A stretch of DNA of 64,000 nucleotides from Stellaceae bacterium (GTDB taxonomy: Bacteria > Pseudomonadota > Alphaproteobacteria > ATCC43930 > CGMCC-115725), in assembly GCA_035648415.1 (NCBI GenBank), contig DASRLO010000041.1:20966-84965 (forward strand), written 5' to 3'. The notes under the pieces were generated by a model. The model saw nothing but the letters and a program-made list of their open reading frames with translations. It made no database searches and was not told the DNA's origin. The stretch's first letter is position 1. Every line of letters begins with the position of its first letter. The position numbers were made by a program, and so were the translations under genes. Below, in pieces: positions 17,966 to 26,603 of the stretch.

Positions 17966-18837
17966 ACCAGACCGTGCCGCAGCACCAGCAATAATTTGCG
18001 GCCTTTCGACAGGCTGACGCGCGCGCCGGGGTCGCGCCACCCCGCCTCGACCAGCGCGGCGAGCAACGCCCGGTAGAACGCGCCCATCAGCGCGGCCGGC
18101 CGCATCGCGCGGCGCGCGGCGCGCGCCATCGCCGCGTCCGCCGCGTCGAAATGCCGGAGCGCCAGCGCCGCGAGATCGCGGCACACCGCCGGCAACGCCG
18201 GGTGGCGCAGCACCGCAGCCGGCTCGTCGCCGCGAATGCCGTGCCGGTCGAGCATCTCGCGCGGCAGATAGAGCCGGCCGCGCTCGGCATCCTCGGTAAG
18301 GTCGCGCAGGATGTTGGTGAGTTGCAAGGCGCGGCCGAGTGCGTCGGCGACCCGGTGCGCCGCCGCGCCGGGATCGCCGAAGACATGCACCGACAGATGC
18401 CCGACAGCGGCCGCGACGCGCCCGCAGTAAAGGTCGAGGGTCGCCAGATCGGGCGCCCGGATATCGCCGGCGGCATCCATCTCCATGCCGTCGATAACGT
18501 CGTGGAAGTCGGATTTGCGCAGCCCGAACCGCGCTGCCGGCGCCTGCAGGGCGCGGGCGACAAGATGCCGCGGCGCGCCGGCGTAAACCGCTTCGATCTC
18601 GTCGTGCCAGGCGGCGAGGCCCGCCGTGCGGTCGGCGGCGGGCCAATCGTCGGCGATGTCGTCGACCTCGCGGCAGAAGGCGTAGACCGCGTACATCCCG
18701 TCGCGCCGCTCTCGCGGCAGCAGCCGCATCGCCCAATAGAACGAGGTTCCAGCCGCCTCGACCCGGCGGCGGATGGTGTCGCGCAGCGAGGCTTCGTCGG
18801 GGACCGCTCCGACGCCGTCGAGGGTCGCGCCGGTCAT
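17962..18837 (-). CDS. hpnD: Presqualene diphosphate synthase HpnD
   Basis: This is the in-frame part of ORF 17962..19386, starting MTGATLDG. Squalene/phytoene synthase motifs are YAFCREVDDIADD and the second Asp-rich region. It has an ATGA overlap with the hpnC stop. Confidence 0.9.
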   Translation of the reverse strand: MTGATLDGVGAVPDEASLRDTIRRRVEAAGTSFYWAMRLLPRERRDGMYAVYAFCREVDDIADDWPAADRTAGLAAWHDEIEAVYAGAPRHLVARALQAPAARFGLRKSDFHDVIDGMEMDAAGDIRAPDLATLDLYCGRVAAAVGHLSVHVFGDPGAAAHRVADALGRALQLTNILRDLTEDAERGRLYLPREMLDRHGIRGDEPAAVLRHPALPAVCRDLAALALRHFDAADAAMARAARRAMRPAALMGAFYRALLAALVEAGWRDPGARVSLSKGRKLLLVLRHGLV

Positions 18838-19727
18838 CGCCGGCGGCCGCGGACGATGCCGGTGACGAGGGCGGCGGCGAAATCGCCCTTGCCGAGCGCG
18901 ACCCGCGCCGCCAGCGGGTCGCCGCGCCGCAGCCGCCGCGACAGGCGCCGCGCCAGCGCGACGATCGTCGCCGACTCCCAGCGCAGGCCGCGCGTCGAGA
19001 CCCCGCCCGGCAGCGCCGCGGCCGCGACGATCAGGCGGTCGGTCGCGTCGAGCAGCCGGTCGAGCACCCGGCGCAGGCCGGGGCTCGCCGCCGGCGCGGC
19101 CAGGGCCTCGACCGCGATCCCGGCCTCGCCCAGCAGGTCGAGCGGCAGGTAGACGCGGTCGAGAGCGCGGTGATCCTCGGCGCAATCCTGCAAATGGTTG
19201 AGCACCTGCAACGCCGAGCACAGCGCGTCGGAGGCGGGCCAGGTGTCGCGGCTCTCGCCGTGCAGGTCGAGCAATTGCCGCCCGACCGGCGAGGCCGAAT
19301 ACCGGCAATACTCCATCAGATCGTCCCAGTCCCGGTATCTGAGCTTGGTCGCGTCGAGGCGAAAGGCGCGCAATATGTCGTGGCAATGCTCGGCGCTGAC
19401 GCCGGTCTGGGCGAGGCTCGCCCGCATCGCCGCGGCGGCCGGCGAAGCGTCGCCCGGCGCCCCGTCCGCCCGCGCATCGTCCCCCCGCGCGCCGTCGAGG
19501 ATTTCGCCCATGCGGTCGAGCCGGCGCAGTTTGTCGTCGGCCGGCAGCAGCGGGTTGTCGGCGATGTCGTCGGCGTTGCGCGCGAAGCGGTAGAAGGCAT
19601 GGACATGCGCTCGCAGATCCTTGCGGATCAGGAACGAGCCCACGGGAAAATTCTCGTCGCCGCGTCCTTTGCCGGACGGCGTTTCGAGCGCCGGCGGATG
19701 CGGTGTCGGGTCAGCCAGCGCGGTCAC
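18834..19727 (-). CDS. hpnC: Hydroxysqualene synthase HpnC
   Basis: 297 aa. Motifs are ENFPVGSFLI and FYRFARNADDIADN, indicating the squalene/phytoene synthase family. Confidence 0.9.
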   Translation of the reverse strand: MTALADPTPHPPALETPSGKGRGDENFPVGSFLIRKDLRAHVHAFYRFARNADDIADNPLLPADDKLRRLDRMGEILDGARGDDARADGAPGDASPAAAAMRASLAQTGVSAEHCHDILRAFRLDATKLRYRDWDDLMEYCRYSASPVGRQLLDLHGESRDTWPASDALCSALQVLNHLQDCAEDHRALDRVYLPLDLLGEAGIAVEALAAPAASPGLRRVLDRLLDATDRLIVAAAALPGGVSTRGLRWESATIVALARRLSRRLRRGDPLAARVALGKGDFAAALVTGIVRGRRR

Positions 19728-19730
19728 ACA

Positions 19731-20750
19731 TCAGCCCTTGCTCTCTTTGCCCAGATATCCGTTGGCCGCGAACCAGGCGGTGGCGTCGGCGATCGCCTGG
19801 CGCGCCGGGCGCGGCGCGTAGCCGAGCTCGCGGATCGCCTTCGCCGAACTGAAATACATCTTCTTACGCGACATGCGAACACCGTCCAACGTCGTGAACG
19901 GCTCGCGCCCGGTCAGCCGCGCCATCAGCTCGGCGCCCGCCGCGATCGGCAGGATGGCGGCGTAGGGGATTTTGAACATCGGCGGACGGCGGCCGGTCGT
20001 CCTGGCGACCGCGCCGAGGATTTCCGCCAGGCTCATATTCTCGCCGCCGAGGATGTAGCGCTCGCCGACGGTGCCGCGCTCCGCCGCCAACAGCTCGCCG
20101 GCGGCGACATCGTCGACATGGACGAGGTTGAGCCCGGTATCGACATAGCCCGGCATCCTGCCCTTTGCCGCCTCGACGATGATGCGACCGGTCGGGGTCG
20201 GCTTGACGTCGCCGGGGCCGACTGGGGTCGACGGGTTGACGATGACGGCCGGGAGACCGCGTTCGGCGATCAGCGTGCGCACGGCCTCCTCGGCGGCGAA
20301 TTTCGACTGCTTGTAGGGACCGATCATGTCGCCCATGCCGCTCGGCGTCGCCTCGTCGGCATCGCCGCCCGCGACGAGGCCCAAGGTCGCGACGCTGCTG
20401 GTGTAGACGACGCGCTCGACCCCGGCGGCCAGCGCAGCCTCCATCAGCGCGCGGGTGCCGTCGACATTGGCGCGGAACATCGCCGCCGGGTCCGGCACCC
20501 ACAATCGGTAATCGGCGGCGAGGTGGAACAGATAGCGGCACCCGGCGACCGCCGCCGCGAGCGATGCCGCGTCTTCGAGCGAGCCTTCGACGATCTGCAC
20601 ATCGAGCCCGGCGAGGTTGCGGCGATCGCCGCGCCGCCGCGCCAGCACCCGCACCTCGTGACCCGGCTGCGCCAGCAGCGCACGCGTCACCGCCGCGCCG
20701 ACAAACCCGGTCGCGCCGGTGACGAGGGCAAGGCCAGGTTTTAGAGGCAA
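19731..20750 (-). CDS. hpnA: Hopanoid-associated NAD-dependent sugar epimerase/dehydratase HpnA
   Basis: Lies in ORF 19731..20816. The Rossmann motif is ALVTGATGFVGAAV, and the protein is SDR-like. The TTG at 20750, preceded by AGGAGGG, gives ~339 aa. The ATG at 20816 would run into the ParE remnant. Confidence 0.8.
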   Translation of the reverse strand: MPLKPGLALVTGATGFVGAAVTRALLAQPGHEVRVLARRRGDRRNLAGLDVQIVEGSLEDAASLAAAVAGCRYLFHLAADYRLWVPDPAAMFRANVDGTRALMEAALAAGVERVVYTSSVATLGLVAGGDADEATPSGMGDMIGPYKQSKFAAEEAVRTLIAERGLPAVIVNPSTPVGPGDVKPTPTGRIIVEAAKGRMPGYVDTGLNLVHVDDVAAGELLAAERGTVGERYILGGENMSLAEILGAVARTTGRRPPMFKIPYAAILPIAAGAELMARLTGREPFTTLDGVRMSRKKMYFSSAKAIRELGYAPRPARQAIADATAWFAANGYLGKESKG

Positions 20751-20791
20751 TGGCCCTCCTTGGGGGGAATCCTCCGCCACCAACTTTTTCC

Positions 20792-20938
20792 TTTGTTCGC
20801 CTGACCAAAAATGCACTAGCCGAGGGGATACGTCTCAACGTCTTCAAGAATTACGTCATCCTGTACGTTATCGAGGACGGCGTGCTCGAAATCCGCCGTA
20901 TTGTTCACGGCGCTCGTGAGCTCGTTAATCTCGATTAA
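20792..20938 (+). pseudogene. 5'-truncated ParE/RelE-family toxin remnant
   Basis: The tail of ORF 20750..20938 reads LAEGIRLNVFKNYVILYVIEDGVLEIRRIVHGARELVNLD. This matches the C-terminal ParE pattern (Y.I.Y...D..V.I.RI.HGAR). The N-terminal ~55 aa and any antitoxin are absent. GC is about 50% by my hand count of 20781-20940. Confidence 0.6.
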
Positions 20939-21031
20939 GGAGTCGCCGTAGTTTCCGCTTGAAATCTCCGCCCATTGCGCAATATGGGGCCGGCCCTAAA
21001 ATTCATGGCGTCATGCAGGGAGGAGCGGGCA

Positions 21032-22702
21032 ATGAACGCGACCCTCACCCTCGTCGATCTCGCCGGTACGATCGCGCTCCTGCTGTGGGGCGTGCACATG
21101 GTGCAGACCGGCATCCAGCGCGCTTTCGGGCCTAATCTGCGGCGCATCCTCGGGCGCGCGTTTGGCGACCGGTTCCGCGCGTTCCTGGCCGGTCTCGGCG
21201 TCACCGCGATCCTGCAGAGCAGCACCGCGACCGGGCTGATGGCGGCGAGCTTCGCCGCCGGCGGGCTGGTCGATCTGGTGCCGGGGCTTGCGGTGATGCT
21301 CGGCGCCAATCTCGGCACGACCTTGATCGTCCAGGTGCTGTCGTTCGACGTCAGCCGCGTTGCGCCGCTCTTCGTGCTGATCGGCGTCGTGCTGTTCCGC
21401 CGCGGCACGCAATCGCGCCCGCGCGATATCGGCCGCGTCGCGATCGGGCTTGGGCTGATGCTCTTGGCGCTGCAACAGTTGTTGACCTTGGTCACGCCCT
21501 ACGAAGACGTCCCGAGCTTGCGGCTGTTGCTGGGCGCCATCGCGACCCAGCCGCTGATCGACGTGATCCTCGCCGCCGCCCTGACCTGGGCGGCGCATTC
21601 GAGCGTCGCCACGGTGCTGCTCGTCGTCTCGTTCGCGGCGAAGGGCGTGGTGCCGCCCGAGGCGGCTTTTGCCTTGGTGCTCGGCGCCAATCTCGGCACC
21701 GCGCTCAACCCGCTGATCGAAGGCGCGGCCGGCGGCGACCCGGTCGCGAAGCGGCTGCCGGTCGGCAATCTGGTGAACCGGCTCGCCGGGATCGTGCTGG
21801 CGCTGGCGCTGCTCGGCCCGGTCAGTCGCTTCATGGTGACGATCGAGCCCGATGCGGCGCGCTCCGCCGCCGATTTCCATACCCTCTTCAATCTCGCGAC
21901 GGCGGTGCTGTTTTTGCCGGTGCTGGGGCCGTTCGCGCGGCTGCTGGTCAAGGCGATCCCGGCGCGCGCCGCGCTTGCCGACCCGTCGCAGCCGATCTAC
22001 CTCGACGAGGCGGCGCGCGAGATGCCGTCGATCGCGCTCGCCGGCGCGGCGCGCGAGGCGCTGCGCATGGCCGACGTGCTCGCCGAGATGCTGCGCGGCG
22101 CCTTCGACGCGCTCGACCGCGGCGACCGCAAGCGCCTTGCCGAAACCAAGCGCCTCGACACCGTGCTCGACCGCCTCAACAGCGCGATCAAGCAATATTT
22201 GACCGCGCTCGATCCCGACACGCTCGGCGCCGAGGACGACCGGCGCCTCTCGGAGATTCTGGGTTTCGCGACCAATCTCGAGCACGCCGGCGACATCGTC
22301 TGCAAGGGGCTGATGGGGCTCGCCAGCAAGCGGCTGCGGCGCGGCCTTGCGTTTTCGGTCGAAGGCCAGTCCGAGATCCGGGCGATGCTGGAGCGCCTCG
22401 ACGGCAATTTGCGCACCGCCGGCGCGGTGTTCATGACCGATGATTCGCGCGCCGCACGGCGCCTTGTCGCCGAGGAGGAGGTGTTCCGCGACCTCGAGGC
22501 GCGCGCCACCGAGGCCCACTTCGCGCGCATCCGCGCCGGCCGCGTCGAGAGCCGCGAGACCAGCGCCCTCCACCTCGACGTGCTGCGCGACTTGAAGCGC
22601 ATCAACGGCCACCTGACCGCGGCGGCCGACCCGGTGCTCGACCGCACCGGCGAATTGCTGCCCAGCCGCCTGCGACAGGACGCTCCGGCGGACGAGGCTT
22701 AG
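21032..22702 (+). CDS. Na+/phosphate symporter family protein with C-terminal PhoU-like domain
   Basis: Lies in ORF 20975..22702; the ATG at 21032 follows GGGAGGAG. The N-terminus is LLWGVHMVQTGIQRAFG...LQSSTATGLM, with a duplicated TM module and a helical PhoU-like C-terminus. Confidence 0.85.
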   Translation: MNATLTLVDLAGTIALLLWGVHMVQTGIQRAFGPNLRRILGRAFGDRFRAFLAGLGVTAILQSSTATGLMAASFAAGGLVDLVPGLAVMLGANLGTTLIVQVLSFDVSRVAPLFVLIGVVLFRRGTQSRPRDIGRVAIGLGLMLLALQQLLTLVTPYEDVPSLRLLLGAIATQPLIDVILAAALTWAAHSSVATVLLVVSFAAKGVVPPEAAFALVLGANLGTALNPLIEGAAGGDPVAKRLPVGNLVNRLAGIVLALALLGPVSRFMVTIEPDAARSAADFHTLFNLATAVLFLPVLGPFARLLVKAIPARAALADPSQPIYLDEAAREMPSIALAGAAREALRMADVLAEMLRGAFDALDRGDRKRLAETKRLDTVLDRLNSAIKQYLTALDPDTLGAEDDRRLSEILGFATNLEHAGDIVCKGLMGLASKRLRRGLAFSVEGQSEIRAMLERLDGNLRTAGAVFMTDDSRAARRLVAEEEVFRDLEARATEAHFARIRAGRVESRETSALHLDVLRDLKRINGHLTAAADPVLDRTGELLPSRLRQDAPADEA

Positions 22703-23290
22703 CTACTCCGCCGCCTCGTCGACCACGAGCCTGCCGTCGTCGTCGACCGCGAGCCCGGTCTGGCGCGCCGCGTCGATCACCGAGGGGTGCCAATCGACCT
22801 TGCCCGGGTCGGGGCCGCCGACCACCGCGATCAGCGTCGCCTCGGGATCGTCGCCGCCGTTGCGGAAGCCGCGATAGATGCCGATCGGCACGTTGACGAT
22901 GTCGCCCGGCTGCAAGGTCACCACCCGCTCGCTGTCGCCCTCCAGCCAGAACACCTCCCACGGTCCCTTGACCGCGATGAACACTTCCTCGGTCGGGTGG
23001 CGGTGCAGCGCGGCGCCGTGGCCCTTTGGCGTGTTGCGCACATAGGTCACCGCGAACCCGTGCGCCGGCGCGCCGATCTTTGGCGCGAGACGCGGGTCCT
23101 TCATGTTCTCGACCACGCCCATGCCGATGATGTTGATGATCTCGCGCTGGTAGCCCGGGATGCGCTGGTCGAGAAAGGCAAGGTCGGAGCCTTGCATCGC
23201 CGCGAGCCGGGCGATGTTGTTGCGCTCCATCTCCGCCGCCGACACGGTCGGCGCGGGTTTGCCTTGCAGCCGGGGATCGACGTAAGCCAT
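22703..23290 (-). CDS. Cupin-domain protein
   Basis: 195 aa. The cupin motifs are GAALHRHPTEEVFIAV and LQPGDIVNVPIGIYRGF. Confidence 0.7.
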   Translation of the reverse strand: MAYVDPRLQGKPAPTVSAAEMERNNIARLAAMQGSDLAFLDQRIPGYQREIINIIGMGVVENMKDPRLAPKIGAPAHGFAVTYVRNTPKGHGAALHRHPTEEVFIAVKGPWEVFWLEGDSERVVTLQPGDIVNVPIGIYRGFRNGGDDPEATLIAVVGGPDPGKVDWHPSVIDAARQTGLAVDDDGRLVVDEAAE

Positions 23291-23314
23291 GGCAATCTCC
23301 TCCCTCGATGAAAC

Positions 23315-23875
23315 CTATCGGTTGGTGAAATAGTCCGGCAGTTCGGCCAGCGCCGGGTTTTTGCGGTCCTTGTCGGACAATACCGGCTCGCGCTCGCCGA
23401 GCCGCCAGTCGATGCCGAGCGTCGGATCGTCCCACAACAACCCGCGATCGTTCTCCGGCGAATAGTGGTTGTTGACCTTGTAGATCACCGTGCTGTTCGG
23501 CTCCAGCGTGCGGAACCCGTGCGCGAACCCTTCCGGCACCAGAAGCTGGTTGCCCTCGGCGGCGCTCAGCACCACCGCGACATGCTTGCCGAAATGCGGC
23601 GACCCCCGGCGGATATCGACCGCGACATCGAGGATCGACCCGGCGACGACCCGCACCAGCTTGGCCTGCGCCATCGGCGGGGTCTGAAAATGCAGCCCGC
23701 GCAGCACGCCGGCCGCGGCCGACATCGACTGGTTGTCCTGGACGAAGCGGATGTCGATGCCGGCCTCGCGCAGCGCATCGTCGCGATAAACCTCGGAGAA
23801 ATAGCCGCGCGCGTCGCCGTGGCGGACCGGCTGGATCAGCTTCACGCCGGGAAGCGTGGTATCGGTGATCTGCAT
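23315..23875 (-). CDS. rfbC: dTDP-4-dehydrorhamnose 3,5-epimerase
   Basis: 186 aa. Motifs are HGDARGYFSE, LRGLHFQ, AKLVRVVAGSILDVAVDIR, VPEGFAHGF and YKVNNHYSPE. Confidence 0.92.
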   Translation of the reverse strand: MQITDTTLPGVKLIQPVRHGDARGYFSEVYRDDALREAGIDIRFVQDNQSMSAAAGVLRGLHFQTPPMAQAKLVRVVAGSILDVAVDIRRGSPHFGKHVAVVLSAAEGNQLLVPEGFAHGFRTLEPNSTVIYKVNNHYSPENDRGLLWDDPTLGIDWRLGEREPVLSDKDRKNPALAELPDYFTNR

Positions 23876-23941
23876 GCTGTGATCCTGCCGGCCCTCCGGC
23901 CCAGCTTGCCGCAGCGCCGCGCTCTATGCCAGTCTCGGCCG

Positions 23942-24928
23942 ATGCGACCGTCGAATTATTACGCCGCGCCGGGCTTCGAGCGCGCCGGGCTCAGGCGCCG
24001 CGACGCCGAGTGGATCCGGGCGCGGGCGGCCGATACGGGCTCGCAATTCGTGCCGGTCTGGCGCAGCCAGAACCTGGTTCTCGACGTCGCCGGCGAGCCG
24101 CGCGCCATCGTGCTCGGCCCCGACCACGCGACGGTGCTCCTGGGCGAGGGCGACGCCGAGGCGCATCTCGCGCATGGCCGCCTGGTGTTCCTCGGCGAGA
24201 TCGAGGCGCGCGCGCATTTCGCGGTCGATCTGTCGGGGATCGAAGCGCCGCTCGACGTGCTGGCATCGCCCGCCCTGGCCGCCAGCGGCATCGCGGCGGC
24301 GGGCGCCCGCTTCGCCGATCTGCGCCAGCTCGCGGGCCGGCTGGCGCGGCACGAGGGGGCGCTGCTCGCCTTCGCCCGCGCGATGGTGTGGTGGCATTCG
24401 CGGCACCGCTTCTGCGGCCTTTGCGGCAGTCCGACGCTGTCCGAGGAGGCCGGCCATATGCGCCGCTGCACCAACCCCGACTGCAAGGCGATGCACTTCC
24501 CGCGCACCGACCCGGCGGTGATCATGCTGGTCAGCGACGGCGAGCGCGCGCTGCTCGGCCGCAACAAGAATTTCCCGCCGGGCATGTATTCGACCCTCGC
24601 CGGTTTTGTCGAGCCGGGCGAGAGCCTCGAGGACGCGGTCGCCCGCGAGGTGCGCGAGGAGACCGCGATCGAAATCGGCCTCGTCACCTACCATTCGTCG
24701 CAGCCGTGGCCGTTCCCGGCCAACATCATGCTGGGCTTCCACGCCGAGGCCGCGACGCGCGACATCACCGTCGATTACGGCGAGCTCGAAGACGCCAAAT
24801 GGTTCGAGCGCGACTGGCTGCTGGCGCATGCCGACGACAACAGCTTCCGGCTGCCGCGCCTCGACTCGATCGCCCGCCGGCTGGTCGAGGATTGGCTGCA
24901 CCGCCGCGCCGGCCCCGGCTCCGCGTAA
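23942..24928 (+). CDS. nudC: NADH pyrophosphatase (Nudix, zinc ribbon)
   Basis: This is the in-frame tail of ORF 23465..24928, from MRPSNYY. The zinc ribbon is FCGLCGSPT...CTNPDC, and the Nudix box is GFVEPGESLEDAVAREVREETAI. Confidence 0.88.
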   Translation: MRPSNYYAAPGFERAGLRRRDAEWIRARAADTGSQFVPVWRSQNLVLDVAGEPRAIVLGPDHATVLLGEGDAEAHLAHGRLVFLGEIEARAHFAVDLSGIEAPLDVLASPALAASGIAAAGARFADLRQLAGRLARHEGALLAFARAMVWWHSRHRFCGLCGSPTLSEEAGHMRRCTNPDCKAMHFPRTDPAVIMLVSDGERALLGRNKNFPPGMYSTLAGFVEPGESLEDAVAREVREETAIEIGLVTYHSSQPWPFPANIMLGFHAEAATRDITVDYGELEDAKWFERDWLLAHADDNSFRLPRLDSIARRLVEDWLHRRAGPGSA

Positions 24929-24931
24929 GGA

Positions 24932-26593
24932 TCAGCGCGATTTCAGCGGCGATGCGCCGGGTCGCTTGAGGATCGGGATCATCAGCAACCCGATAAGGAA
25001 GATCCCGGCGATCAACAGCATCACGTCGTTGAAGGTCAGCACCAGCGCCTCGCGTTGGACGATCCCGGCCAGCACCTTGATCGCGGCGGGCGTGCCGCCG
25101 GCGGCGAAATGCGGGTCGAAGCGGCTGGTCTGCGTGTCGATAAAATGCTGCACCGCCGGGCGCGCCGGGTTGACGCTTTCGATCAGCCGGTTCCAGTGGA
25201 AATGCAGCCGGTCGTTCATCACCGTGCCGAGCCCGGCGAGCCCGATCGCGCCGCCGAGGTTGCGCATCAAATTGTAGAGCCCGGCCGAACTGCGCAGGAG
25301 CTCGGGCGGCAGGCTGCCGAGCGAGATCAGGTTGGCCGGCAGGAAGCAGAACATCAGCGCCACGCCGCGCAGCATCTGCGGCACCAGCAATTCGCCGAAG
25401 CCGGCCTGGTTGGTGAGCCCGGCGGTCAGGTACATCGCGGTCATGAAGAGGCACATGCCGATCACCAGCATGAGCCGCAGGTCGATCTTGCGCGCGATGA
25501 TGGTGGTGAACGGCGAGACGCAGATCTGGGTGCAGCCGGTGACGACGACGGTCATGCCGATCTGCAGGCTCGAAAATCCGCGCACCTGGGCGAGGAACAG
25601 CGGCACGATGTAGGTGCCGCAATAGAGCCCGATGCCGACGACAAAGCTGTAGAACGAGCCCATCGCGAAATTGCGGATGCGAAAGGCGTGCAACGAGACG
25701 ATCGGCTGGTGGTAGGTCAACACCCGCCAGAAGAACAGCCCGGCCGACACCGCCGAGACCACCGCGGCGCCGAGGATCGTGTCGTCGGAGAACCAATCCC
25801 AGCGCGGCCCCTCCTCGAGCGCGTATTCGAGGCAGCCGAGAAACAGCGCCATCAGGACGAGGCCGGGCAGGTCGAAGGCGGGCAGCAGCGACCAGTTCGG
25901 CTTGTCGACGTCGATCAGGCACCACACCGTCGCGGCGACGAACACGCCCGGCACGATGTTGACGAGAAACAGCCAGTGCCACGAATAGGTGTCGGTCAGG
26001 TAGCCGCCGACCGTCGGGCCGACCGTCGAGGACAGATTGAGGATCAGCGAGACCAGCACCATGACGACCGCGAGCTGACGCGGCGGGAATATCGTGTAAA
26101 TGACCGGAAACACGGTCGGGATCATTGCGCCGCCGAGAAACCCCTGCATCACCCGGAACACGATCATCGCGCCGAGGCTCGTCGCGGTGGCGCAGAGCGC
26201 GCTGGCGATCGTAAAGCCCACGGTCGAGGCGACAAACAGCACCCGGGTCGACATCAGCCGCGACAGCGTGCCCGACAGCGGGATCATCACCACTTCGGCG
26301 ATCAGGTACGAGGTCTGCACCCAGCTGATCTCGTCGGCGCTCGCCGACAGCCCGCCCTGGATCTGGGTCAGCGAGCTGGTGACGATCTGGATGTCCAGGA
26401 GCGCCATGAACATGCCGAAGACCATGGCGAGCACGCCGGCCCACTGGCGCAATGAGGCCGGCCGCACCGGCGGGTCGTGCGCGGCGGCGCTCGCCGGTGG
26501 CCCCTGCGGCGCCGCAGGGGCGGGGGCGGCCTCGGATGGAGCCGGCGCGGCGCGCGGGCCGCGCACGCGGCGCAGCGACGGGATCAGCGTCAC
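24932..26593 (-). CDS. MFS DHA2-family (EmrB-like) efflux permease
   Basis: Lies in ORF 24932..26647. It has LAMVFGMFMALLDIQIVTSSL and WVQTSYLIAEVVMIPLSG, and about 14 TM segments. The start is uncertain: GTG at 26593, 11 nt after the emrA-like stop, or ATG at 26647. Confidence 0.85.
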   Translation of the reverse strand: MTLIPSLRRVRGPRAAPAPSEAAPAPAAPQGPPASAAAHDPPVRPASLRQWAGVLAMVFGMFMALLDIQIVTSSLTQIQGGLSASADEISWVQTSYLIAEVVMIPLSGTLSRLMSTRVLFVASTVGFTIASALCATATSLGAMIVFRVMQGFLGGAMIPTVFPVIYTIFPPRQLAVVMVLVSLILNLSSTVGPTVGGYLTDTYSWHWLFLVNIVPGVFVAATVWCLIDVDKPNWSLLPAFDLPGLVLMALFLGCLEYALEEGPRWDWFSDDTILGAAVVSAVSAGLFFWRVLTYHQPIVSLHAFRIRNFAMGSFYSFVVGIGLYCGTYIVPLFLAQVRGFSSLQIGMTVVVTGCTQICVSPFTTIIARKIDLRLMLVIGMCLFMTAMYLTAGLTNQAGFGELLVPQMLRGVALMFCFLPANLISLGSLPPELLRSSAGLYNLMRNLGGAIGLAGLGTVMNDRLHFHWNRLIESVNPARPAVQHFIDTQTSRFDPHFAAGGTPAAIKVLAGIVQREALVLTFNDVMLLIAGIFLIGLLMIPILKRPGASPLKSR

Positions 26594-26603
26594 GTGAGGT
26601 TCG

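Noticed and set aside
14698-19386. Track ORFs of 959 aa (14698..17577), 731 aa (16541..18736) and 474 aa (17962..19386), taken as single large proteins.
   Set aside because: Their N-terminal parts are out-of-frame read-through of the upstream gene and look Arg/Pro-rich and non-native. The conserved proteins begin at internal ATGs (16644, 17965, 18837), two of which form ATGA stop-start overlaps. The same logic applies to 23465..24928, 28261..30756, 38104..40446, 53361..55337 and 56422..57084.
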